Shown here in pieces: positions 9,955 through 19,169 of a stretch of DNA of 58,794 nt. Every line of letters begins with the position of its first letter. The first letter of the stretch is position 1. The notes beneath the pieces were generated by a model, which ran no database searches, was not told the origin of the DNA, and saw nothing but the letters and a program-made list of their open reading frames with translations. Origin of the DNA: Clostridia bacterium (GTDB lineage: Bacteria; Bacillota; Clostridia; Oscillospirales; CAG-272). The stretch lies in NCBI GenBank assembly GCA_017522125.1, contig JAFXAC010000053.1, positions 1 to 58,794 on the forward strand. The letters run 5' to 3'. The translations under genes were made by a program, and so were the position numbers.

Positions 9955-10868
9955 TTTCTCAAGCCACTCCAGAGGTCCTCGGCGTAAACGCCGCTTTTTA
10001 TAAGTGCTCTGATGCTTTCCTTGACGTATTCCTTGTCCGCGGCGTAGGTAACGCCGTACCACTTTGCCTTGGTGGGACAAGCCGTGACCGTGGCAAGAGA
10101 GGCGTCCTGCGCCCAAGTAACGGCAAGGGGCAAATAGAACTCGTCCTTTTCGGGATTCTTCATTTCAGAGAGGAATCGCTTAAAGCCGTCGGCAGCGACG
10201 GGGAAAAACGCGGGAGTGAAGCCGAAGAAATTCATGGAAGCGGCGGCGGCGCCCGAAAGGAAGGTCCAGCCACCGTCCTCCTCCTGATACTCGGCATCGT
10301 CACCGAGAGGTCTTATCTTCGTGCGCTCGGTGATGGATATAAGCTCGCCGTTTTCGCCAAGCTCGCAAATGCCGCGCGAAACCGTGCCGTTATCGGTAAG
10401 TGTGTTTGCAAGGCGATACGCCGCAAAGCAGATGGGCATGGGCATTGCCGCGCTGTCAGCCGCCTTCAGGCGCTGTGCCATTTCCTCAAACGCCTCGTAG
10501 CCGTAGAAATCGTCGGCGTTTATCGTTGCGAAGTTATCGTCAACAATGCCGCGCGTGGAAAGCAGGGCGTGGGCAGTTCCCCACGGCTTCTTTCTGTCCT
10601 CGGGAACGCTAAAGCCCTCGGGAAGATCGTTTATGTCCTGAAAAGCATATTCCACCTTGGCGTAAGGCTCGACGCGGCAGCCTACGCTCTCACGGAAAAG
10701 CTCAAGATTTTCTTTCTTTATAACGAAAACGATCCTATCAAAGCCTGCCCTGATAGCATCGTAGCAGGAGTAGTCGATAATAAATTCTCCGCTTGGGCCT
10801 ATGGGGTCGATCTGCTTCATTCCGCCGTAGCGCGAGCCCATACCTGCGGCAAGTATTACAAGTGTCAA
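9951..10868 (-). CDS. Sugar-1-phosphate nucleotidyltransferase
   Basis: N-terminal LAAGMGSRYGG.KQ signature of NTP-transferases. TTG start preceded by AAGGAGAA. Translationally coupled to the kinase. Confidence 0.7.
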   Translation of the reverse strand: MTLVILAAGMGSRYGGMKQIDPIGPSGEFIIDYSCYDAIRAGFDRIVFVIKKENLELFRESVGCRVEPYAKVEYAFQDINDLPEGFSVPEDRKKPWGTAHALLSTRGIVDDNFATINADDFYGYEAFEEMAQRLKAADSAAMPMPICFAAYRLANTLTDNGTVSRGICELGENGELISITERTKIRPLGDDAEYQEEDGGWTFLSGAAAASMNFFGFTPAFFPVAADGFKRFLSEMKNPEKDEFYLPLAVTWAQDASLATVTACPTKAKWYGVTYAADKEYVKESIRALIKSGVYAEDLWSGLRK

Positions 10869-11019
10869 GATGTTCTCCTTTCCCTTTCGGGGCGAGCCTG
10901 CGCCCCCTATATTCCCTTATATTATATTACATTTTTCGCAAAATGTACAGTAGATTTTTAATTTTTCTTCGGACTTTCTGTTTATTATTACAATTTTAGC
11001 AGAAAATAAAAGCAAGCTA

Positions 11020-11048
11020 TTGACAAAAAAGTAACAATGTGCTATAAT
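11020..11048 (+). promoter_or_regulatory. Consensus sigma-A promoter of the Crp/Fnr-ABC operon
   Basis: TTGACA (11020-11025), 17-nt spacer, TGcTATAAT (extended -10, TATAAT at 11043-11048). Confidence 0.75.
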
Positions 11049-11089
11049 CTCAATGAAAAGTGTATCATTTGGGACACGGAGGTGACTAT

Positions 11090-11773
11090 ATGCAGATCTC
11101 AGACTTCAATCAACTGCTTCTTTCCAATAATCTTTTCGCGGGGTGCGATGCCTCGCTTCTTGAGGAAGCTCCCTTTGACAGCAAAAATCTTTTACATCTA
11201 AAAGTGGGAGATGACCTGTTTTCCGCGCACGGCTCGGCTTGCATAGGCATTTTGCTTTCGGGCAGATGCGCTATATATTCGGCTGACCCGTCGAAAAAGG
11301 TGCTTATGCGCTTCGTATTTCCCGGCGAAGCGGTCGGCGTTGCTTCGCTTTTCTCAACTGCTCGCCCCACGACGCACATTACCGCCTGCAACGATAGCGG
11401 TGCGTACTTTCTGGTACTTAGCCGCGACGATATCGACTCGCTTTTCTCCACGCCGTTCGGGGATAAGATAAGAAATAATATTCTCTCCTTCCTCTCGAAC
11501 CGCGTATCCTTCCTCAACTCGCGCATAGCCTGCATTACGGGCGGAAGCGCGGAGAGAAAGCTGGCTATTTTCTTGAATTCCGCTATGGATGCCACGCTCT
11601 CGCTTGAGTTCGACATAGGTATGTCGATGAAATCTCTCGCAAATGCGCTGAACATAGGACGCGCCTCGCTCTATCGCGCATTCGACTCACTTGAAAAGGA
11701 AAAGGTGCTTATCCGTAACGGCACTTCGGTAACCGTTATCAACCGTGAACATCTTCTTAATATATTCAAATAA
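11090..11773 (+). CDS. Crp/Fnr family transcriptional regulator
   Basis: cNMP-binding-like beta-roll N-terminus and C-terminal HTH (SMKSLANALNIGRASLYRAFDSLEKEKVL). ATG 11090 preceded by GGAGGTG. Confidence 0.75.
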   Translation: MQISDFNQLLLSNNLFAGCDASLLEEAPFDSKNLLHLKVGDDLFSAHGSACIGILLSGRCAIYSADPSKKVLMRFVFPGEAVGVASLFSTARPTTHITACNDSGAYFLVLSRDDIDSLFSTPFGDKIRNNILSFLSNRVSFLNSRIACITGGSAERKLAIFLNSAMDATLSLEFDIGMSMKSLANALNIGRASLYRAFDSLEKEKVLIRNGTSVTVINREHLLNIFK

Positions 11774-11791
11774 TTGAAAGGACCAAGAAAA

Positions 11792-12787
11792 ATGAAAAAA
11801 CTCTTAGCTTTACTCCTCGTTATCGCTCTTGCGATACCCTTCGCCGCTTGCTCGACCGCCTCTGACGGCGACACCGCGACCACCACCGCCGCTCCCACGG
11901 TTGACGACACGACCATTCGCGTCGCCGTGCTTAACGGTACTACGGGCTTTGGTATTGCCCCCCTCGTTTCCGACCTTAAGAACAACAAGTGCGATTTCAA
12001 GGCAACGGTTGATTTTTACGCCGACGCTACGCTCGTTGCTCCCCTTCTCATAAACGGCTCGGTGGATATTGCCGCCGTTCCCACTAACCTTGCCGCGACC
12101 GTATACAACAAAACGCAGGGCAAGGTCGAGGTGCTTGCGGTAAATACCCTCGGCGTGCTTTATCTGCTTGAAAACGGTGAGAGCGTAAAGAGCCTTGCCG
12201 ACCTTGAGGGTAAGACCGTTTACGTTCCCGGTCAGGGTACTAACCCCGAATTCGTGCTTCGCGCACTTCTCAACTATGCGGGGCTTACCGACAAGGTAAC
12301 GATAGATTACACCTACCAGAGCCCCGACGAGCTTACCGCCGCAATGGCAACGGGCAAGGCTGCTATCGGACTTCTGCCCGAGCCCAAGGTAACTGCCGCA
12401 AAGCTCAAGAACGCCTCTCTGCGCGTTGCAGTTGATTTCAGCGCCGAGTGGAAGCGACTTACGGGAACTGAGCTTGTTCAGGGCTGTCTTGTAGCCCGCA
12501 AGGACTTCGTTGACGCACACGAGGCACTTGCAAGCAAGTTCCTCGCCGCTTACGAGGCATCCGTAAACACCGTTGTTACCGACGTTGACACCGCCGCAAA
12601 GCTCATCGTTGAGGCAGGTATCGCTCCGCAGGAGGCGCTCGTCAAGAACGCTCTGCCCCGCTGCAACATCACCTACCTTACGGGTGAGGAAATGAAGAGC
12701 GCGCTTAACGAATTCTGGAGCGCACTTTACGGAATAGTTCCCACCTCTATCGGCGGAAAACTCCCCGATAGCGGAATTTTCGGGTAA
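11792..12787 (+). CDS. ABC transporter substrate-binding lipoprotein (NMT1/THI5, NitT/TauT-like)
   Basis: Lipoprotein signal MKKLLALLLVIALAIPFAAC, a T/D-rich linker, then a periplasmic-binding fold. Start moved to ATG 11792. Confidence 0.7.
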   Translation: MKKLLALLLVIALAIPFAACSTASDGDTATTTAAPTVDDTTIRVAVLNGTTGFGIAPLVSDLKNNKCDFKATVDFYADATLVAPLLINGSVDIAAVPTNLAATVYNKTQGKVEVLAVNTLGVLYLLENGESVKSLADLEGKTVYVPGQGTNPEFVLRALLNYAGLTDKVTIDYTYQSPDELTAAMATGKAAIGLLPEPKVTAAKLKNASLRVAVDFSAEWKRLTGTELVQGCLVARKDFVDAHEALASKFLAAYEASVNTVVTDVDTAAKLIVEAGIAPQEALVKNALPRCNITYLTGEEMKSALNEFWSALYGIVPTSIGGKLPDSGIFG

Positions 12788-13549
12788 ATGAAAATCTTAA
12801 AAAAGAGCGCCCCCTTCTTGGGGGTTGCTCTGTTTTGGGTCTTGCTTTGGCAGCTTGCGGCGTGGAAAACGGGAACTGCACTCCTGCTCCCCTCTCCGCT
12901 TGAAACGCTCACGCGCCTTTGGGAGCTTGCGCACACGGCGGAGTTTTTTAAGATAACCGCCCTCTCGCTCCTTCGCGTTTTTGCGGGGGCGCTGTCCGCC
13001 ATTATCGCAGGCACGCTGCTTGCCGCGCTTTGCGCGAGATTTAAGGTGCTTGAGCGCTTGCTTGCACCCGTAATAACCGTAGTGAGAGCCACGCCCGTGG
13101 CATCGTTTATAATCCTTGCTATGCTTTGGATAGGGCGCGGCGTTCTGCCGTCGTTTATCTCCTTTTTGATGGTATTCCCCATCGTTTTCACAAACGTGCT
13201 TGAGGGTATCTCGCAAGTACCCAAAGACCTTCTCGAAATGGCGCGGCTCTTTCGCCTTTCGCCCATACTTAAGCTACGGCGCATATATCTGCCGTCGGTA
13301 GCACCGTATTTCACGTCGGCGGCAAGATCGTCACTCGGGCTATCGTGGAAGGCAGGCATATCCGCAGAGGTGCTTGCTTTTTCGCCCGATTCCATCGGAA
13401 AAATGATCTCGCAGTCAAAAAACCATCTTGAAACGGTAGATCTTTTTGCGTGGACGGCTGTGATAATAATACTCAGCGTGGGTATAGAATTTTTGTTCAG
13501 CCGCGGCATAGAGCGACTTGGCAGAAGGATAGGAGGTAAGTCAAAATGA
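12788..13549 (+). CDS. ABC transporter permease (NitT/TauT family)
   Basis: Six hydrophobic helices, EAA-like loop (EMARLFRLSPILKLRRIYLP), operon position. Confidence 0.75.
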   Translation: MKILKKSAPFLGVALFWVLLWQLAAWKTGTALLLPSPLETLTRLWELAHTAEFFKITALSLLRVFAGALSAIIAGTLLAALCARFKVLERLLAPVITVVRATPVASFIILAMLWIGRGVLPSFISFLMVFPIVFTNVLEGISQVPKDLLEMARLFRLSPILKLRRIYLPSVAPYFTSAARSSLGLSWKAGISAEVLAFSPDSIGKMISQSKNHLETVDLFAWTAVIIILSVGIEFLFSRGIERLGRRIGGKSK

Positions 13550-14151
13550 TAAAGATGACCTCACTTTGCCGTTCCTTTGACAAGGAGATAATAAAGGGGC
13601 TTGACGCAACTCTGCCAAGCTGTGGATTCGTATCCATCTGTGGTCCATCGGGATGCGGAAAAAGCACGCTTTTACGCATACTTGCGGGGCTTGACACCGA
13701 CTATAGCGGCTCTATTGAGCCGTCACCGCGCGAGATGAAGGTATCTATGGCTTTCCAAGAGCCGCGCTTGCTTCCGTGGCGCACGGCGGCGGAAAACGTA
13801 AACCTCGTTCTTGGCGATAAAAAGGAAACGCTCCAAAGCTCCGCCGAGCTTCTTCTTGAGCTTGGCTTTGAAAAAGGCGACCTTTCAAAGCTCCCCGACG
13901 AGCTTTCGGGCGGTATGAAGGCGCGTGTTTCCCTTGCGCGTGCGCTTGCAATAAGCGACGCTCAGCTTTATATTTTCGACGAGCCGTTTGCCTCGCTTGA
14001 CGCCGAGACGGCGCGTCTGTGCGCCCGCGTGATACGCGCGCGCACCGCGGGTGCGCTCTGCCTTGCCGTGATACACGACACGAAGCTTGCGCACGAAATA
14101 TCCGACGAGGTGCTTTACTGCAAGGGCTCGCCACTTACGGCGCTCGAATAA
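13546..14151 (+). CDS. ABC transporter ATP-binding protein
   Basis: Walker A GPSGCGKST, signature LSGGMKARV, Walker B LYIFDEP. Confidence 0.85.
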   Translation: MIKMTSLCRSFDKEIIKGLDATLPSCGFVSICGPSGCGKSTLLRILAGLDTDYSGSIEPSPREMKVSMAFQEPRLLPWRTAAENVNLVLGDKKETLQSSAELLLELGFEKGDLSKLPDELSGGMKARVSLARALAISDAQLYIFDEPFASLDAETARLCARVIRARTAGALCLAVIHDTKLAHEISDEVLYCKGSPLTALE

Positions 14152-14152
14152 T

Positions 14153-14181
14153 AAAAAGCGGCTGATTTCAGCCGCTTTTTA
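14153..14181. terminator. Bidirectional intrinsic terminator
   Basis: AGCGGCTGA/TCAGCCGCT palindrome (14157-14176) flanked by A5 and T5, between convergent genes. Confidence 0.8.
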
Positions 14182-15651
14182 TTATTTAAAATACTCGGAG
14201 AGCAAGTTTGCGAGTGCGTTTGCCTTGTCGAGCGTTACGAGCTGGTCTGCCCTGTCCATAAAGCTGACTACGCAGTATTTTTCGCTGTAGCGTCTTATTT
14301 CAAGCGTGGCGGTAGTCTTTTCGCCCGCGTTGAAGATGAAATCCGCCTTAAATATCAGGGCGTCGCCGAAGCTCGCATCTCCGTCGTACACCGAGGTATA
14401 TGACGTAGCGCTAAGCTCCTCCAGAGCCTCGCATATCCTTGCGTAGGCGTTATAATCAAGCTCCGCGCCCGATTTGTCCGTATACGTTATCTTACTGCCA
14501 TCGTGAGTCAGCGCAACGCTCAAGGTCTTGTCGCCCGCGCTGAAGGTGATACCGTCAACGCGATCGTAATCGGCGTAGAATATCTCGTCGGGGCGCAGCT
14601 TGCGCTCGATTCCCGAAAGCAAAAGCTCAAAATTATCGCTTGCTACGGTCGACAGATAGTATGTCAAAAGCGAGCCGTCGGGACGGACGTGGTAGTAGCC
14701 GTCGTCCGTGATAGCGCCGAGGTCAAGCGCCAAGGTCTTTATATCCGTGCCACTCTTGTAGCTTATCTCAAGCCTTCCCGCCTTGTCAAGCCCGTGCTCC
14801 GCATCCTTTGCGGTATCGCAGGCAAGGCAATCAAGGTAGCTCATCGTAGTAAGTGCCTCGGTGATAAGGGCGGCAACGTCCTCGTCTATCGCAAACTCCG
14901 CGCCGCCGTTTACCGAAAGATACCAAAGGTAATCGTCGGTATAATCCTTATCGTTGCCGTCGGGATAATAGGTGTAAACGAGCACGTTATCCCCCTGCGT
15001 CCACTTGAGCGAGGTAGCGTCGCCACTCTCAAGCTTTGGCATTTCATCATAAAGCACGAAGTCAAGCACGTTGCCCGTCAAAAGCGACGGGAGCGTTTCA
15101 TCGACCATATATACCTTCGTTTTATCCTGCGGATCAAGGAAATAGTACATATAGTTAAAGCTGTTTTCGTCGCCTATAAGAAACTCGCGCGCGCTGCCGT
15201 CTGTATAAGCAAGCGTCAGCGTGACGCGCGGCTCGTCAAAGCCGTAAGCGCCAAGGCTTGCCTCGTCGGTGACGGAGATAAGCTCCGTTGACTTAGCGGA
15301 GTTAAGGTCGTCGATTATCATATCCACCGCATCCTTATCAAGAGGTACGTCGGGATATTCCTCGGCGCGCCACTCCCCGCCGTTAAGGATCAGGGTGAGG
15401 GTGCGTTTTTTATATTCAGCCTCTTTGTCCTCGCCGTGCGTATGATCACCACTGTCGAGATACTTGACCGTCATCGTTATCCTCTCGACTCCGTCGGGAG
15501 ATACGTCGGCTACGGGGTAGCTTGGCGTGGTTTCCTGCGGCGTGGTGTCATCGCCCGCGTCCAACAGCGCACCCGTAACGAAATACGCTATCATCATAAG
15601 CGCGAGGATCGCTATCATTATTATAAGATTTCTGATTCTTTTATCCTTCAT
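14182..15651 (-). CDS. DUF4340-like membrane-anchored protein, last gene of the ABC-2/GldG-type cluster
   Basis: Single N-terminal TM helix and a large acidic extracytoplasmic domain. The gene order ATPase, ABC-2 permease, GldG-like, DUF4340 is a recurrent arrangement. Confidence 0.55.
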   Translation of the reverse strand: MKDKRIRNLIIMIAILALMMIAYFVTGALLDAGDDTTPQETTPSYPVADVSPDGVERITMTVKYLDSGDHTHGEDKEAEYKKRTLTLILNGGEWRAEEYPDVPLDKDAVDMIIDDLNSAKSTELISVTDEASLGAYGFDEPRVTLTLAYTDGSAREFLIGDENSFNYMYYFLDPQDKTKVYMVDETLPSLLTGNVLDFVLYDEMPKLESGDATSLKWTQGDNVLVYTYYPDGNDKDYTDDYLWYLSVNGGAEFAIDEDVAALITEALTTMSYLDCLACDTAKDAEHGLDKAGRLEISYKSGTDIKTLALDLGAITDDGYYHVRPDGSLLTYYLSTVASDNFELLLSGIERKLRPDEIFYADYDRVDGITFSAGDKTLSVALTHDGSKITYTDKSGAELDYNAYARICEALEELSATSYTSVYDGDASFGDALIFKADFIFNAGEKTTATLEIRRYSEKYCVVSFMDRADQLVTLDKANALANLLSEYFK

Positions 15652-15657
15652 CTCGGA

Positions 15658-17121
15658 TCATCTCTTTTTTCTCGTATAAATATATACGCCGCCAAGCACC
15701 AGCGTTGCGATGGGCAGTACAAGAATGAAAATATTGCCCCAAAGGTTAGCCTGAGCCTCCGTAACGGTAAGCACAGAGCCTTCAAGGGAAATATCGCTTA
15801 TTTCGGGAAGCGAGGAAGCAAAGCTACCGCACAGATAATTGGTCATAAACCAGAAGCAATAAAGATTGTTTCCGTTAGATGCGTTGATAAAGCTATCCGT
15901 TATCATATTTGCCGAGCCGCACCAGATGAGCTTTGCTATAGCACCGTCCGCAAGCTCCTTCTCCGCTGAAACGGCAAGGGCGTAGGACTGCGCCTCGGTC
16001 TTTTCGCTACCCGATTTGGTATATGCCTTATCCGAGGTAGAAAGCAGAGTCGTGTGGGTGACGCCCGTCCCCTCCGTCGTCAATATGGCGTGGCTTGAGG
16101 GGGTCATAAGCGTATATTCCGAAAGCTCCGCAACTGCGCTATGCTCGCTGTCAACGTCGGGAATTATATAGGTCGGCTGTTGATAATATTTATCGGGATC
16201 CCCCTCGTAAACGGTATCCGCGCCCGCGCTCATACCGAGCGCGGCGGTAAGGGCTGAAAAGTTCGCAAGCTTGTCAATTCCCACGCCGCTGAAGAGAAGG
16301 ATATTTCCGCCCTTGCCGAGATATGCAAGGAGCTTATCTCTTTCAGCCGAGGTAAGGTCTATGGTGGGCGCGTTTATTATGATAAGTGAGCAATCCTCGG
16401 GTACGGTGTCATTGTCAAGAGCGACGTTGAGCGTAGCGTACGCCATTCCATATGCATCGAAAAGCCCCGTGACGGTGGACGAAAGCGCACTCTCGCCGTG
16501 TCCGTCGAGAACGTATATAGACGGTACGCTTTCCGCGGTAACGTACTCGATAGCACCCGTTATACTGCTCTCACCCGCGAAGAACTCCTTAACGTCGGAA
16601 AGATATGCGGAATATCCCATATAGTAGTATGATTGCATCTGCTCGTAGGTCATGCGCCCAAGCAGACTGCTGTAGTAGTAGAACAAGTCGTCATAGCTTA
16701 CGAGCTTGCTTCTGCGCTCGCTCGTAACGACAACGCTGTGATTTACCGCGTCCTTGGCATTATGCTCGGCAAGGAAATCTGGCGATACGATGGGATCTAC
16801 CACCTTTACGGTGACGTTCGAGGACGCGCCCGCGTATCTGTCGATAAAGTTTCTTATCAACTCGTCCTCATTGCCGCCCTGACAAATGAAATTGAGCGTT
16901 ACCTGCTCGTCAAGCGTGCCGAGGTATTTTTCGGTGGTTTCCGAAAGAGTGTAGATGCCAACGCTCGTCGTGTCAAGCTTTTTGACGTCGTCGGGCAGAG
17001 CGTTTACGAGAAGATTTGCAAAAACTATCACTCCGAGGAGAATTGCGGTAATAGCTACGCTGTATACGCCGAGCTTGCCGCTTTTTGCACTTGCATTAAA
17101 TGAAAATTTCATCTTTAGCAC
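15658..17121 (-). CDS. GldG-like ABC-transport auxiliary protein
   Basis: N- and C-terminal TM anchors around a large external domain. Positioned after the ABC-2 permease. Confidence 0.6.
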   Translation of the reverse strand: MLKMKFSFNASAKSGKLGVYSVAITAILLGVIVFANLLVNALPDDVKKLDTTSVGIYTLSETTEKYLGTLDEQVTLNFICQGGNEDELIRNFIDRYAGASSNVTVKVVDPIVSPDFLAEHNAKDAVNHSVVVTSERRSKLVSYDDLFYYYSSLLGRMTYEQMQSYYYMGYSAYLSDVKEFFAGESSITGAIEYVTAESVPSIYVLDGHGESALSSTVTGLFDAYGMAYATLNVALDNDTVPEDCSLIIINAPTIDLTSAERDKLLAYLGKGGNILLFSGVGIDKLANFSALTAALGMSAGADTVYEGDPDKYYQQPTYIIPDVDSEHSAVAELSEYTLMTPSSHAILTTEGTGVTHTTLLSTSDKAYTKSGSEKTEAQSYALAVSAEKELADGAIAKLIWCGSANMITDSFINASNGNNLYCFWFMTNYLCGSFASSLPEISDISLEGSVLTVTEAQANLWGNIFILVLPIATLVLGGVYIYTRKKR

Positions 17122-17127
17122 CTCCCA

Positions 17128-17991
17128 TCAGCTCCAACGGCGCTTTTCCATAGCCTGCACCGTAAGGAAAACGAAGAAAACGGCAATAGATATAAAATAC
17201 ACTATGGCTGTAAGGTCGAATATGCCGTCCGCAAAGCTGTAAAAGCGGTCAAACACCGCAATGTATTCAACGAGCTTCGGGAAAAGTCCCTCAAAAAGCG
17301 TGGAGTTCACGAAATACGTGATCAATGTTGGCGCAGCGCAGATAACGAGCGTAACGCCGCAGATGATGAGGTTTTTGGTAAGCACGTACACTATCGCCGT
17401 AAGAGCCGCAATGAGCGCAAGGAAGCACAGAAGCGAGCCGAGCGCCGTTGCGGGCAAAAGCTCAACAAGGCTTGAAAGCAGATAGATGGCAAGAAGCACG
17501 GCTACGCCCAAAACGGCGGAGATGCTTTGGCTCTCGGTGAGCGAGGAGAGGAAAACGCAAATGGCAATAAGGGCGCTTCCCAAAAGGAAAAAGCCGAATA
17601 TTGCGGAATACGCGCCAAGCATATATACCTCGCCAAAGAGCGAAAGAACAAGCGGATAAAGGCAGAAAATGCCACAGCAAAGACCGTAAACGGCAACGGC
17701 GGCAAGGTACTTGCCCATAACTACGGAGCTTAGCTTCATCGGCAGGGCGTAAAGAAGCTGGTCGGTCCTTGAGCGACGCTCCTCCGCCAGCGTGCGCATT
17801 GTGAGTATCGGCACGACTATCATAAGCACGATGGTCATATTGGAGAGCACGTACTCAAACGAGGGCGAAAGCTGAAGCAGATTTATCGCCATCGTGTAAA
17901 TACCCGCGAAAACGAGCATTACTGCAAGAAAAACGTAGCCCGTCATGCTTATGAAATAGGACTTGAACTCTCTTTTGAATATCGCTATCAT
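17128..17991 (-). CDS. ABC-2 type transporter permease
   Basis: Six to seven hydrophobic helices. 4-nt overlap with the upstream ATPase gene. Confidence 0.75.
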   Translation of the reverse strand: MIAIFKREFKSYFISMTGYVFLAVMLVFAGIYTMAINLLQLSPSFEYVLSNMTIVLMIVVPILTMRTLAEERRSRTDQLLYALPMKLSSVVMGKYLAAVAVYGLCCGIFCLYPLVLSLFGEVYMLGAYSAIFGFFLLGSALIAICVFLSSLTESQSISAVLGVAVLLAIYLLSSLVELLPATALGSLLCFLALIAALTAIVYVLTKNLIICGVTLVICAAPTLITYFVNSTLFEGLFPKLVEYIAVFDRFYSFADGIFDLTAIVYFISIAVFFVFLTVQAMEKRRWS

Positions 17992-19031
17992 TCGTTCTCA
18001 TCCTCCTCTTCGTTTTTTGCCGAAAACAGCGGCGTATATCCACCGTCATCGCTCTTTGAGTCGATTTCGGGGCTTTCGTAATGCTTCCACTCCGCGTCAG
18101 CCTCCTCGACGTAATTGTCGTTAGTGAGCGAGAGGAATATGTTTTCAAGCGTTTTATCGTCGCGGTGAAGCTCGGTAAGCGCGATGCCCTCTTTGGAAAA
18201 TGCAAAAAAGATATCACTGCGCACCTTTTCGCTATCATCGACCGTAAGGGAAATAAGCGTAAAATCGCCATCCGCGCTATATTTGGCACTTGCCTTGGGG
18301 AAAAGGCGTGAAATAACGCCCTTCGCTCTTGCCTCGTCGCACTTGACCTTGATGCATATCGGCTCGTCGGCTGAATTTTCAAGCTCGGCAAGCGGCGCGT
18401 CGGCAACTATCTTGCCGTTTGAGATAATAAGGATATGGTCGCAGACCGCACTTATCTCGGCAAGTATGTGGCTGCTGATAATGACGGTTTTCGTCTTGCC
18501 GAGGTGTCTTATGAGATCTCTTATCTCAATTATCTGCTTGGGGTCAAGTCCTACCGTCGGCTCGTCAAGAATGATAGTATCGGGGTCGCCTATCATCGCC
18601 TGTGCTATGCCCACGCGCTGACGGTAGCCCTTAGAGAGGTTCTTTATCAGGCGGTTTCGCACACCCGCAAGCCCCGTGATAGTCATTACCTCTTTTATTT
18701 GTCTTATGCTCTTTTCAAAGGGTACGCGCTTGGCATTCGCCACGAAAACGAGATACTCGCTCGGCGTCATTTCCATATACAGCGGCGGCTGCTCGGGAAG
18801 ATATCCTATACGGCGCTTTGCCTCGACGGGCTCCTCGAAGATATCGTGCCCATCGACAAGCACCGTTCCCGACGTAGCGGCAAGGCAGCCCGTGATTATA
18901 TTCATCGTCGTGGATTTTCCCGCACCGTTAGGGCCGAGAAGTCCGTAAATTCCCTTATCTACCTTAAAGGAAATATCTCTTACGGCGGTATGACCACCGT
19001 ATTTTTTAGTAAGATTTTTGACCTCTATCAA
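17988..19031 (-). CDS. ABC transporter ATP-binding protein with an acidic C-terminal extension
   Basis: Walker A GPNGAGKST, signature LSKGYRQRV, Walker B IILDEPTVGLD. Confidence 0.85.
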   Translation of the reverse strand: MIEVKNLTKKYGGHTAVRDISFKVDKGIYGLLGPNGAGKSTTMNIITGCLAATSGTVLVDGHDIFEEPVEAKRRIGYLPEQPPLYMEMTPSEYLVFVANAKRVPFEKSIRQIKEVMTITGLAGVRNRLIKNLSKGYRQRVGIAQAMIGDPDTIILDEPTVGLDPKQIIEIRDLIRHLGKTKTVIISSHILAEISAVCDHILIISNGKIVADAPLAELENSADEPICIKVKCDEARAKGVISRLFPKASAKYSADGDFTLISLTVDDSEKVRSDIFFAFSKEGIALTELHRDDKTLENIFLSLTNDNYVEEADAEWKHYESPEIDSKSDDGGYTPLFSAKNEEEDENE

Positions 19032-19169
19032 AGCTACTCCTCCTTAAAAGATGAAGTTATATATTACAATAGCATTTTAGTGTGTTATTAATATGATATC
19101 TTTTTGAACATTTTTTAACTTTTGCAAAAAGAGGGCTGCAAATGCCAAAAACACTTGCAGCACCCTTGA

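Noticed and set aside
8869-10116. Longer 415-aa version of the kinase ORF
   Set aside because: The extra 54 codons overlap the 3' end of the upstream nucleotidyltransferase and encode an R/G/K-rich non-protein-like peptide. The internal ATG at 9954 forms an ATGA coupling with the upstream stop.
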